DNA of 64,000 bases from positions 3,330,359 through 3,394,358 of the forward strand of contig OY843751.1 in the NCBI GenBank assembly GCA_963693055.1. The letters run 5' to 3'. Below the pieces are notes generated by a model. That model made no database searches. It was not told where the DNA came from and saw nothing but the letters and a program-made list of their open reading frames with translations. Positions 8,845-18,438 of this stretch are shown piece after piece (position 1 is the stretch's first letter; each line of letters opens with the position of its first letter). A program made the position numbers and the translations under genes. This DNA is from a bacterium. GTDB taxonomy: Bacteria > Zhuqueibacterota > Zhuqueibacteria > Residuimicrobiales > Krinioviventaceae.

Positions 8845-9074
8845 AGTCCATTCAAAGTTTGTTCATACAAAGAAATGAATTTACTAAAGAATAGACAAAA
8901 ATCCCAATGGAAAAATAACCAAGATTAATACCATGATTAAAAAAGATTCACATGATTTACCATGATTGAAGGATCATATAGTTTTGAGCAAGAAATATTA
9001 TTATGCATTTTTATTTCTTTGCGTACACTGTGATATCTTGGCGACCTTTGCGATCTGTATTTTTTAAGCATTAA

Positions 9075-10490
9075 TTAATACTCGCTGAAATACAATCCCA
9101 CTTCCGAGATTAACGGACACGCGCGCGCATCATTAATGGTCAAACGGACATATCTGGATTTAACTGCATCAATCCGATCCAGCTTTTTATTACCAATGGT
9201 TGTGCCCTTACTCACCTCGATCCATTCATTACCGGACTTTACTTCCACAGTATATGCCTTTATCCGTTGCCCCATCATAATGGGTTCGCGAATTTCGACA
9301 ACATTAAAAGTCTTATCTTCTCCCAAATCCAATTCAAGAGATGCAGAAAGAGTATTATTGTCTGTGGTCCAATAAGTATTATTATCCTTGTCCACTACAT
9401 TCGCTGCCTTGAACTGTTCCGCGTTCCCCCTCACCTCACTTGCAGTTACAGTTGCACCATCAACAAGATTATCATCAAAAATGGAATCCAGTGCTTTTCT
9501 AAACTCATATAGCCGTTTAACATCAGCTTCTTCAAACAGTCCCCTGTCATTGGGTGGTATATTCAGCAACAGTACGCAATTCCGGCCAACGGATTTGAAA
9601 TAGATATCCAGCAAATGTTCAAGCGATTTGGGCTGCTGCTCCTTATGCCAGAACCAGCCTTTGCGTATAGATACATCACACTCGCCTGCCACCCAATCGG
9701 GTCCTTCAATATCACCACTATTTAAATATTTAGTATCGGCTTTACCGATTTTAACTCGGGATTTGTCGATCATGGACCAGCATGTTTCACCGGCAAAACC
9801 ATGTTCATTGCCAATCCAACGGACATCCGGGCCGGAATCGGAAAACATGCACACACCCGGCTGCATTTGGCGAACCAGCGACCAGAACATATCATAATCA
9901 TAGACCTGTACTTTACCATTGGGACCTTCTCCGCAAGCACCGTCAAACCACATCTCGGTCAAGGGACCATAATTTGTCATCAATTCCCGCAGTTGTCCGG
10001 TATAATACTGATTATACGCTTCTCCCTGTCCATAAGTCGCTTCGTGGCGGTCCCAGGGTGAGAGATAGATCCCCATGCTGATTCCAAATTTTTCACAGGC
10101 ATTAGAAAGCTCTCTAACTATATCTCCCTTGCCATCTTTCCAGGGACTGGTTTTCACGCTGTGATCGGTGTATGCGCTGGGCCAGAGGCAGAATCCATCG
10201 TGATGTTTGGCTGTAAGGATGACAGTTTTAAATCCGCATTCCTGAGCGGTTTTGGCCCACTGTTCTGCATCCAGATCGACAGGATTAAAGATTGCAGGTT
10301 CTTCGGTACCGTCTCCCCATTCCTTGTCTGTAAATGTATTGACAGTAAAATGCACAAACATGATCAATTCCTGTTGCTGCCAGGAGAGCTGTCTTGCCGT
10401 GGGTATGGGCAGGATGGGTGTGGGTGGTGTGGTTTGCGCGAACAGGTTAACAGACATAAAAAACAGGATAAATAATTTTAGAATTTTCAT
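9075..10490 (-). CDS. Alpha-L-fucosidase (GH29) with a C-terminal F5/8 type C (discoidin) domain; secreted
   Basis: The GH29 motif TAKHHDGFCLWPS is present, and the C-terminal region is discoidin-like. The start is chosen at the M of MKILKLFILFFMSVNLFAQ (signal peptide), which has a GGAG RBS. The ORF-track start at 10517 is 9 codons upstream. Confidence 0.88.
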   Translation of the reverse strand: MKILKLFILFFMSVNLFAQTTPPTPILPIPTARQLSWQQQELIMFVHFTVNTFTDKEWGDGTEEPAIFNPVDLDAEQWAKTAQECGFKTVILTAKHHDGFCLWPSAYTDHSVKTSPWKDGKGDIVRELSNACEKFGISMGIYLSPWDRHEATYGQGEAYNQYYTGQLRELMTNYGPLTEMWFDGACGEGPNGKVQVYDYDMFWSLVRQMQPGVCMFSDSGPDVRWIGNEHGFAGETCWSMIDKSRVKIGKADTKYLNSGDIEGPDWVAGECDVSIRKGWFWHKEQQPKSLEHLLDIYFKSVGRNCVLLLNIPPNDRGLFEEADVKRLYEFRKALDSIFDDNLVDGATVTASEVRGNAEQFKAANVVDKDNNTYWTTDNNTLSASLELDLGEDKTFNVVEIREPIMMGQRIKAYTVEVKSGNEWIEVSKGTTIGNKKLDRIDAVKSRYVRLTINDARACPLISEVGLYFSEY

Positions 10491-10841
10491 GATAACTCCG
10501 GGAATGGGTCTAACCACAAAGCCGCAAAGGACATAAAGATTTTAAATATACAAATAATCCATAAAAAAGAAAATGAATTGATGGATAATTCCCAATATTT
10601 CAACCATATCAAGAAATTAAAAATATCAGAAAGAAATGATCCGTGAGGAACCGTGTAAATCTGTGGCTTGAATTATTTGGCCATGGATTGACACTAATCC
10701 ACGCAGAATCTCTTCGCGTACTTAATCTTTGTTGTTCCCCCTAAATACAGATAAACCACGAAGGACACGAAACTCACGAAGAAAAACATTGTTTTTTATA
10801 CAATATGTTTTATTTTTAGTTAAACACAATAAGGGGAAATC

Positions 10842-11684
10842 ATGAGCGAAGAAAAAACCTGTTTCATCATAATGCCAATAACTACACCCGAATCACACTT
10901 GGAAGAATACAGAGATGGAAAAACACATTTCAAGCATGTATTAGATTGCCTATTGATACCCAGTGTAAAAAAAGCTGGATTTAAACCAATCCCACCAATT
11001 GCAAAAGGTTCTGATATAATTCAAGCAGAGATTATTAAAAATCTTGAAATATGTGAGCTGGTCTTGTGTGACATGTCAACATTGAATCCAAATGTTTTTT
11101 TTGAATTTGGTATAAGAACTGCTTTAAACAAGCCAGTCTGTGTTGTAAAAGACGAAATCACCCAAAAAGTGCCATTTGATACAACAAATATCAACTATCA
11201 TGAATATAATAGCTCAATAGATCCTTGGGAATTAACTTCTGAAATTGATGCATTATCAACACATATTATAGATTCCTATAAGAGGAGTAATAATAAAAAT
11301 ACTTTGTGGAAATATTTTGGATTAAAAGATAAAGCTATTCCATACCAAACTGAACCAGGTGAAAATTCTGATATTGAATATATTAAAATGCAAATCAATT
11401 CTATAAATCAAAAAATGGGAGGCTTTACTTACACTGAAAATGAAATAGGTCCATTAACTAAAGCTATAGTTAACTTAAACGATTCAAACAAACAGATTTC
11501 TAAGTCCAAAATATATAGAATAATTGAAGAATTCAAACCAACCACAGCTGAAATTGAAAATATTAAAATTCAAGATGGAAACATGATAAATATACATTAT
11601 ACAGGAAAGTGGTCAAGTGTTGATAAAATTCTCTTAATAGATTTCTTTAAGAAAGTACACTATAATGTACAATATGAAATGTAA
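10842..11684 (+). CDS. Standalone protein with an N-terminal NDT/TIR-like (nucleoside 2-deoxyribosyltransferase-like Rossmannoid) domain and an uncharacterised N/K/I-rich C-terminal half
   Basis: CFIIMPITTPE...DIIQAEIIKNLEICELVLCDMSTLNPNVFFEFGIRTALNKPVCVV matches the NDT pattern (AGPFF-like strand, then DSGTAFELGYAxALGKPV with a catalytic Glu in FFEFG). GC is about 33% against about 42% in the flanks. An AAGGGGAAATC RBS precedes it. Confidence 0.55.
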   Translation: MSEEKTCFIIMPITTPESHLEEYRDGKTHFKHVLDCLLIPSVKKAGFKPIPPIAKGSDIIQAEIIKNLEICELVLCDMSTLNPNVFFEFGIRTALNKPVCVVKDEITQKVPFDTTNINYHEYNSSIDPWELTSEIDALSTHIIDSYKRSNNKNTLWKYFGLKDKAIPYQTEPGENSDIEYIKMQINSINQKMGGFTYTENEIGPLTKAIVNLNDSNKQISKSKIYRIIEEFKPTTAEIENIKIQDGNMINIHYTGKWSSVDKILLIDFFKKVHYNVQYEM

Positions 11685-11782
11685 ATAATTTATATTAAAT
11701 AACACCTTTTAAAAATATATCACAAATCCTATTAAAGTAATCCACTACCTGCTTTGCGATCTTTGCGGCTTTGCGGTTATCT

Positions 11783-11816
11783 AAAAAAAAGCCCGTCCCA
11801 AAATCAGAACGGGCCC
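11783..11816 (-). terminator. Terminator of the minus-strand NIPSNAP/PTE/Ldh_2 operon
   Basis: Read on the minus strand, the hairpin GCCCGT...ACGGGC at about 11791-11814 is followed by T8. Confidence 0.6.
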
Positions 11817-11827
11817 AGGTATATTCA

Positions 11828-12619
11828 CTATATCTGCGAGCACCCAAGCGGACGCAGGATAATATCTGTGATATTGGATACGGTGTCTTTGTACTTTTCC
11901 ACCTCACGCAGCTGTAACCAATCCGGATGGGTACGGAACTTGTCCCAACTGGCAAAACGCTCATCCATGTCGTTAAACGCCAGCATATAGGTCAAATTCG
12001 GCATCATGGGGCCTACAATAGTCTGCCCAAACAAAACAGGATTCAAATCGGAATCTTTGAAAATATCAATCTCGCTGCCATTGTTAAACATTTCAACTTT
12101 GAGATTACCGGCCTTAACACTGTGACTCTCGTAAATACGTATTTCATAAATGCGGCTCTTGTTTTTCAACATTTCTGTTGGCACCTCTACCTTGGGCATG
12201 TGCGCAAAACATTGCAGTAAAGAGGATTCCCTGCGAACATACGCTATATTATCCAGCGTTGTGTTGAGGAAATCTGCGCCGGCTTTATTATATTCCGCAT
12301 CATCCAGTAATTTTTGAGGTACTGTTAATACAGATTCTATATTGGGGTGCGGGATCATAATATACAAAGTGGGGTCAGTAGGACCAAAAAAGACATTGAA
12401 CGCACCCACGTTTTTAATGCCTGCACGATTCAATGCGGGTATAGCCGCATCACGATAAAATTCTTCAACGCGGTTCTTGCCAGAACCCACATTCAACCGA
12501 TATTTAATCAATTCAACAATTTCCTGTTTTCCTGTAGCAGCATTTGCATCACTTTGCATGCCTGCCATGGTGGCGGCGCCGGCTGCAACAGAAGCTGATA
12601 AAAAATCTCTACGCTTCAT
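11828..12619 (-). CDS. TAT-secreted NIPSNAP-family protein (tandem NIPSNAP-like domains)
   Basis: The twin-arginine signal reads MKRRDFLSASVAAGAATMAG. The second half matches the NIPSNAP pattern (YEIRIYESHSVKAGN...NPVLFGQ). An AAGGAAGGA RBS precedes it. Confidence 0.6.
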   Translation of the reverse strand: MKRRDFLSASVAAGAATMAGMQSDANAATGKQEIVELIKYRLNVGSGKNRVEEFYRDAAIPALNRAGIKNVGAFNVFFGPTDPTLYIMIPHPNIESVLTVPQKLLDDAEYNKAGADFLNTTLDNIAYVRRESSLLQCFAHMPKVEVPTEMLKNKSRIYEIRIYESHSVKAGNLKVEMFNNGSEIDIFKDSDLNPVLFGQTIVGPMMPNLTYMLAFNDMDERFASWDKFRTHPDWLQLREVEKYKDTVSNITDIILRPLGCSQI

Positions 12620-12631
12620 ATTTTTCCTTCC

Positions 12632-13603
12632 TTAATTTTTCCTTACACGTATTGTATATGCGTGTTTTGGATTTTCAACCAATAACTGATTAATTTCCAA
12701 ATCAGTAAACCCACTTTGTTTTAATGCAGGAATCAATTTCAGGGACAATGAGGCATAATCCCGAAAATCTCCACCATTCGGTTCTCCTACACGGTACCAG
12801 CCCGCATCATGAGATAACAAGACATGGTTCAACACATTATTCGCTTTCATTACGGAAAGCATTTCAACTATCGACTCTATTCGTTTCGGATCGTCCCGCA
12901 TATTATCAATGGATACCCAACCACCCTGTTTTGCAAAACGGATTCGCTCTTCATCTATACCTCGTTGCGAATGTGTCCAGATAAATGCTTGTGGCGAAAC
13001 ACCTTCTTCGTCAAGTATTTCCAACTGTTGAAAGGCCGGTGAACCGGGACCAGTATGAGAATTAATTGTTAATCCGGTAGCAAGGTGGGTTTTGGCTGCA
13101 GCGCGGGCAAGTTTAGCGTGCAGTTCGGATAACACAGAATCTCTGGCAACTGCAATTTTTATAAAACCCGGTTTAATACCCGTATCTTCAATACCATTCT
13201 GCCATTCGGAAATCCATCGTTCAGCCAACTGTTCGGCAGTTTTGGTATGTGCGTGTTTAGGAATATATTGATCATTCATTGCTCCGTAATAACCGGTATT
13301 GGTCAGAATATACATCCCCGATTTTTCGGACAGCATCTTACAAAGCAAGGGATCTCGTCCCACATATGCGGGTGTACATTCAACAAGGGTTTGTATTCCA
13401 AGATCTTTGATTTGTTGCAGATAAGGTAAAACTTTGGCAGTAACCTCTTCTCTATCCCAGCGATGGTAACCTGTACTGTCTGCACCTATAAAATCCACCA
13501 AAACATGTTCATGGCTCAACGTCTGGCCCATGTCATCCGGTGAAATGGCACCATTCACAGTCATCACAATGCTGGTTTCTTTCTGACTTTTACAGGAAAC
13601 CAA
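12632..13603 (-). CDS. Phosphotriesterase-family (PTE/PHP, amidohydrolase superfamily) protein; a probable N-terminal frameshift removes the lipoprotein signal
   Basis: Diagnostic motif GQTLSHEHVLVDF. The ORF as given starts at a TTG. Upstream in the same frame lies ...KKIFYLLLFLVLVSCKSQ (a lipobox) with no ATG. An ATG at about 13639-13641 is in the +1 frame (MIKKYFICFFFWSWF...*) and is separated from this frame by an A7 tract (T7 at 13630-13636). Confidence 0.8.
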   Translation of the reverse strand: MVSCKSQKETSIVMTVNGAISPDDMGQTLSHEHVLVDFIGADSTGYHRWDREEVTAKVLPYLQQIKDLGIQTLVECTPAYVGRDPLLCKMLSEKSGMYILTNTGYYGAMNDQYIPKHAHTKTAEQLAERWISEWQNGIEDTGIKPGFIKIAVARDSVLSELHAKLARAAAKTHLATGLTINSHTGPGSPAFQQLEILDEEGVSPQAFIWTHSQRGIDEERIRFAKQGGWVSIDNMRDDPKRIESIVEMLSVMKANNVLNHVLLSHDAGWYRVGEPNGGDFRDYASLSLKLIPALKQSGFTDLEINQLLVENPKHAYTIRVRKN

Positions 13604-13651
13604 GACCAGAAAAAGAAGCAGATAAAATATTTTTTTATCATTCTCTTTGCC

Positions 13652-14665
13652 TTATAAGCTTTTAATAGTGTTCCATATATTTTCATTCATGGGAATTCCG
13701 TTTTCCAGATTGTCTTTACGTATCTGTAACACACGTTCTCCCGGATAGGTTATTTCAGTTGAGATGTTTGATGATTTGGAATTTTTCACATCTTGAATGA
13801 TGCTATCTACAACATCCAAAACATGGTTAGCGGAATGCAGCTTTGTAATATCAATCGCGATAAATACCTGAGACACATTGTATTCACGTACAGGATCACC
13901 ACCAAGATCACCAACCTGTTTGGTCGATAATCCGCCAGAGATGAGTGTTGCAATTATATCCAGCAACATAGACAGGCCCGCGCCTTTCCAGTATCCTACA
14001 GACAAGGGTCGTTGCGCTTCCAGGATATCTGCCGGATCAGTAGTCAAATCCCCGGCTTTATTGAAACCACCGGGTATAGATAATTGCTGCCCCGCCTGTT
14101 TGACGACCTCCATTTTGCCATAAGAAAACTGTGACATGGCCATATCAAGTACAACCGGCGTTTCTTTTCCGGGCACAGCCAGAACCAAAGGATTGTTTCC
14201 CAGGCGGCAATCGGTTGCTCCCCAAGCCGGCATATTAGGCATGGTGTTCGTCCAGCCGATATAAATAAAGCCATCAGCAGCAACACGACGACCATAAGAG
14301 CCCGCCCTCATCCAATGATTGGTATGGGCCAACCCCACACAACCAATACCAAATTCTGTTGCAAGCACTTTTGCCCGGTCTGCCATTGCCAATGCATTCA
14401 AAATACCGGGGCCCAGTTTTCCATCCCATTGTTCCAGAGCGCCCATCACATTCACATTTACAGGTTCAGCATCTACAATTACCAACTTGCGTTTGATCTG
14501 ATCAATAAACCGGGGGAACCGGTTTGCACCATGAGAATAAACACCCTCAAGGCTGGATTCTGCAAATACAAAAGCCAATGTTTCAGCTTTTTCGGTGGTA
14601 AATCCATACTTTTTCAATACCCTTATGAACTCGGCTTGCATCTCATTAAATTGGATTCTTTTCAT
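13652..14665 (-). CDS. Ldh_2 family (malate/L-lactate dehydrogenase-like, YiaK/AllD-type) NAD(P)-dependent oxidoreductase
   Basis: HGANRFPRFID, GIGCVGLAHTNHW and PMPAWGATD are characteristic of PF02615 proteins. Confidence 0.8.
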   Translation of the reverse strand: MKRIQFNEMQAEFIRVLKKYGFTTEKAETLAFVFAESSLEGVYSHGANRFPRFIDQIKRKLVIVDAEPVNVNVMGALEQWDGKLGPGILNALAMADRAKVLATEFGIGCVGLAHTNHWMRAGSYGRRVAADGFIYIGWTNTMPNMPAWGATDCRLGNNPLVLAVPGKETPVVLDMAMSQFSYGKMEVVKQAGQQLSIPGGFNKAGDLTTDPADILEAQRPLSVGYWKGAGLSMLLDIIATLISGGLSTKQVGDLGGDPVREYNVSQVFIAIDITKLHSANHVLDVVDSIIQDVKNSKSSNISTEITYPGERVLQIRKDNLENGIPMNENIWNTIKSL

Positions 14666-14702
14666 ATTTCACCTGTACTCTGGTTAATATTCAATATCGG
14701 AA

Positions 14703-15266
14703 TCAAAGTTGAGTAGCTTTACGTTTCTCAATAAATCTTGAAAAAAGTTGATAAACTGTAATAACAAAATATGCACAACAAACACCAACAAAGCCTCCTA
14801 CCAACACATCAATAGGATAGTGAACACCAACATATATTCTTGAAATCCCAACCAGTACCGCAAAAGTCCAGTACACATACCAACCTTTTGGAAAAAAGTA
14901 GGTAAAAAATGCCGCAGTAGCAAAGGAATTGGATGCATGTGCAGATGGAAAAGAAAATGATGTTTTCATCCCAATCAACATGTTAACATTTTCAAGAGCA
15001 ACACAGGGCCTGGCTCTTCCAATCAAGGGCTTCAGGAAACCTGCCGAAATCTGATCACTAAATGTGATTACAAAAATTATTAATAAAGCAGCAATTCTTC
15101 CCTTTTTGCCCCCCTTCCATAATAACCAGACATAAAAAACCAGAAATATAGGATACCAGTGTTTCTGGTTCGTAATAAAAGGCATAAACCAATCAAAAAA
15201 GGGATTACTAAGCGAATGATTAAAAAAATAAAAAACAACAGTATCTATATGTTGAAGCCATTCCAT
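14703..15266 (-). CDS. PAP2-family membrane phosphatase (phosphatidic acid or undecaprenyl-diphosphate phosphatase-like)
   Basis: All three PAP2 motifs are present: KPLIGRARPCV, SFPSAHASNS and SRIYVGVHYPIDVLVG. The start is chosen at MEWLQHIDTVVFY. The ORF-track start at 15431 adds 55 residues of doubtful N-terminus. Confidence 0.85.
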   Translation of the reverse strand: MEWLQHIDTVVFYFFNHSLSNPFFDWFMPFITNQKHWYPIFLVFYVWLLWKGGKKGRIAALLIIFVITFSDQISAGFLKPLIGRARPCVALENVNMLIGMKTSFSFPSAHASNSFATAAFFTYFFPKGWYVYWTFAVLVGISRIYVGVHYPIDVLVGGFVGVCCAYFVITVYQLFSRFIEKRKATQL

Positions 15267-15463
15267 TGTAAAAATCCTCTGTATCAAATTTGAACTTTTG
15301 GAATATATGAATATGGAATAATTTTTGCAAATTTTAATTCGGAAAAATAAACCAAAACAGCACAAGGCAATATTTAACAATATCTTAAGATAGCAAACAA
15401 AACCCTTAAACAATGCAGATACAGAGTCCAAATTAACCTCTTAATGCCCAAAGGACACACCGA

Positions 15464-18421
15464 ATGGAAACCAGCTTATTACAAGAATTCGTAGATCATT
15501 ACAATATTTCTTATATTTTCACAGATACCAACCATAAAATAATAAAAATGGAAGGAATGCTCTTTCCCAAACTGGTAAGCAATCTGCATTACATAGATAT
15601 TAAAGATCAACAGTTATGGGACATACTCCCCTTTCTTGAACCTTATCGCACACGAATAACAGGGGTTTATAGCGGACACGCTCCAAAATATTCATTCAAT
15701 TTTAAAAGTGAGAATCCAAAGCTGGAAGAAATCCAAATCAACGTAATATCAAAAACAGATAAAGATCCTGCCGGTTTTTTGTATATTTTTAATGAATTGA
15801 ATGAAAATGGTAAAAGTAAGGTCGGAAACACATTTCAAATTTTACCTTCAAGAGATATACAGCAATCTATTTATAAACAGAAATATGAATTATCTGATCT
15901 TATCCCCCTTTCTGATTTGCAACACTTTCAAAATATGTTTGCAGATGCCACACGTGTAGCTTCATTAATTCTTGATGTTAATGGACACGCAATCACCAAA
16001 CCCAGTAATTATAATCCTGTATGCAAACGTATCCAAAAGCATATCAGAGGGATGCAGGATTGTCAATTTTCAGATAACAAGCTTGCTGAAAAAGCCAAAC
16101 AAGAGGAACAGATTGTATACCAGAGATGTGACAATTGCGATTTTTTAAACGCAGCTATTCCTATCTGGGTTGCTGGCAGACATATCGCCAATTGGATGGT
16201 GGGGCAAATTAAAACCGGTCCAACTGATAGCAACAGAATCATAGAATACGCTCAAAAGCTCCACATTGATGAAAACGAGTTACTAGAAAATTACGAACAA
16301 TTGAAACCCATGTCAGAACAAGAGTTTAAAAGCAGGGTTGAATTATTGAATATTTTTGTACAAAAGCTCTCAATATACATGTACAACAATATGATCATGG
16401 CTTCTGAAATTGTTAATCTCAACCAGATTCGTCATGACCTGGACCATGAAAGAAATTTATTACAGACATTGATGGATAACATTCCGGACTTTATCTATTT
16501 TAAGGACAATGAAAGCAAATTTACCAGAATAAACATTGCTCATGCTCACAATTTAAATGTTTACAGTCCCTCAAAGGCAATTGGTTATACAGATTTTAAA
16601 TTTATCGATGAAGAAACTGCAAGAGAAACTGCAGAAGATGAAAACAATCTACTCAACACCGGCAGACCTTTGATCGGTAAAATTGAAATGATAAAAAAGC
16701 TGGATGGTAAAATAAGGTGGATATCTACTACCAAAGTCCCCGTCAAAGATGGCAACGGACAAATAACCGGCCTGGTTGGGATATCGCGTGATATTACAAA
16801 AATCAAAAGAGCCGAAGAACGATTATTGAAAAAAAATGAGCAATTAGATAAAGCGCTTCAGGCAGCTCAACAGGCAACACAGGCAAAATCTGAATTCCTT
16901 GCCAATATGAGTCATGAAATCAGAACACCTATGAATGGTGTGATAGGTATGACCAGTTTATTGCAAAACACAGATCTTGATCCTGAACAAAAGGAATATG
17001 TAGATACCATTAAGACCAGTGGTGACGGTTTGATGGTTATCATAAATGATATTCTGGACTTTTCCAAGATAGAATCCGGCAAAATGGAACTGGAACAACA
17101 TCCTTTTGATATTCGTGAATGTGTTGAAGAGACGCTTAATATTCATTCCCCCAATGCAAATAAAAAAGGATTGGAACTCACCTGCCTGTTTGATCCCAGT
17201 ACTCCTACAAAAATCATTGGAGATGTAACCCGCATTAGACAAGTTCTGAATAACCTTTTAGGTAATGCAATAAAATTTACCAAAGAAGGTGAAGTGGTAG
17301 TATATGTAAGGTCCCGTGAAAAAAGTGAAGATTTTTATGAACTTGAATTTGCCATTCAAGATACCGGTATAGGTATAGCGGAAGAAAGAATGGGACTTTT
17401 ATTTCAAGCGTTTAGCCAGGTCGATGCCTCAATAACACGGAAATACGGTGGTACGGGTCTGGGACTCGCTATTAGTAAAAAACTATCAAATTTGATGGGT
17501 GGAGATATTTGGGTTAAAAGCAAAGCCGGTAAAGGTTCAACGTTTTACTTTACCATACAAACCAAAATCTCTAAAGGCATTATTAGCGATGACGCATTAA
17601 CCAAAACACTTGATAACAAGAGTATTCTAATTGTTGATGATAATGACACAAATCGTCGTATTCTCGAATTGCAGACACGTGCATGGAATATGAAAACAGA
17701 CAATACCGGGTACCCGCTTAAAGCTTTAGAATGGCTCAAACAAGGTAAAACCTATGATGTAATTCTGTTAGATATGATGATGCCGGAAATGGATGGATTA
17801 ACACTTGCAGAAGAGATCCGCAAGCTGAATGCTCATAAAGGTACACATCTTATCATGCTTACTTCCGTAACCCGAACAGACGAGCATAACCAGCGGTTCA
17901 AAGATTTGAATTTTAGTAATGTATTATCAAAACCTGTAAGACAGGCTGTATTAATGAACACACTGGTTGAAGCATTTAGTGGAAAACAAACCGAACAAAA
18001 AGAAAATGTTATTTTCAAAATGGATGAACAGATGGCGGAACAATTTCCGCTAAACATTCTTGTGGCAGAAGATAATAAAATCAATCAACGGTTGGCACTC
18101 AAGGTTTTAAAAAAGTTGGGATATGATGCAACTATTGCTGAAAATGGCAAAGAAGCTATAGAGATGATGGAAAAACAATCTTTTGACATCATTTTTATGG
18201 ATATTCAAATGCCAATCATGGATGGATTTGAAACCACACAATATATAATAAATAAATGGCATGATGATCGTCCGCGTATCATTGCAATGACAGCAAATGC
18301 CATGGAAGGTGACAAAGAAGCATGTTTAAATGCGGGGATGGACGCATATATCAGTAAACCCATCAACATCAAAAGTTTGGTTAATGAATTAAAAAACAAC
18401 TATCCAGACATGAATGAATGA
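15464..18421 (+). CDS. Cytoplasmic hybrid sensor histidine kinase: PocR-like sensory domain + PAS + HisKA + HATPase_c + two receiver domains
   Basis: The PocR-like region reads DATRVASLILDVNGHAITKP...CDNCDFLNAAIPIW. The H-box is [18 protein letters not shown], and the ATPase has the N, G1 and G2 boxes (GTGLGLAISK). REC1 reads [12 protein letters not shown]...DMMMPEMDG and REC2 reads ILVAEDNKINQ...DIQMPIMDG. No TM segment is found. Confidence 0.9.
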   Translation: METSLLQEFVDHYNISYIFTDTNHKIIKMEGMLFPKLVSNLHYIDIKDQQLWDILPFLEPYRTRITGVYSGHAPKYSFNFKSENPKLEEIQINVISKTDKDPAGFLYIFNELNENGKSKVGNTFQILPSRDIQQSIYKQKYELSDLIPLSDLQHFQNMFADATRVASLILDVNGHAITKPSNYNPVCKRIQKHIRGMQDCQFSDNKLAEKAKQEEQIVYQRCDNCDFLNAAIPIWVAGRHIANWMVGQIKTGPTDSNRIIEYAQKLHIDENELLENYEQLKPMSEQEFKSRVELLNIFVQKLSIYMYNNMIMASEIVNLNQIRHDLDHERNLLQTLMDNIPDFIYFKDNESKFTRINIAHAHNLNVYSPSKAIGYTDFKFIDEETARETAEDENNLLNTGRPLIGKIEMIKKLDGKIRWISTTKVPVKDGNGQITGLVGISRDITKIKRAEERLLKKNEQLDKALQAAQQATQAKSEFLANMSHEIRTPMNGVIGMTSLLQNTDLDPEQKEYVDTIKTSGDGLMVIINDILDFSKIESGKMELEQHPFDIRECVEETLNIHSPNANKKGLELTCLFDPSTPTKIIGDVTRIRQVLNNLLGNAIKFTKEGEVVVYVRSREKSEDFYELEFAIQDTGIGIAEERMGLLFQAFSQVDASITRKYGGTGLGLAISKKLSNLMGGDIWVKSKAGKGSTFYFTIQTKISKGIISDDALTKTLDNKSILIVDDNDTNRRILELQTRAWNMKTDNTGYPLKALEWLKQGKTYDVILLDMMMPEMDGLTLAEEIRKLNAHKGTHLIMLTSVTRTDEHNQRFKDLNFSNVLSKPVRQAVLMNTLVEAFSGKQTEQKENVIFKMDEQMAEQFPLNILVAEDNKINQRLALKVLKKLGYDATIAENGKEAIEMMEKQSFDIIFMDIQMPIMDGFETTQYIINKWHDDRPRIIAMTANAMEGDKEACLNAGMDAYISKPINIKSLVNELKNNYPDMNE

Positions 18422-18438
18422 AATGGTGATACGATAAA

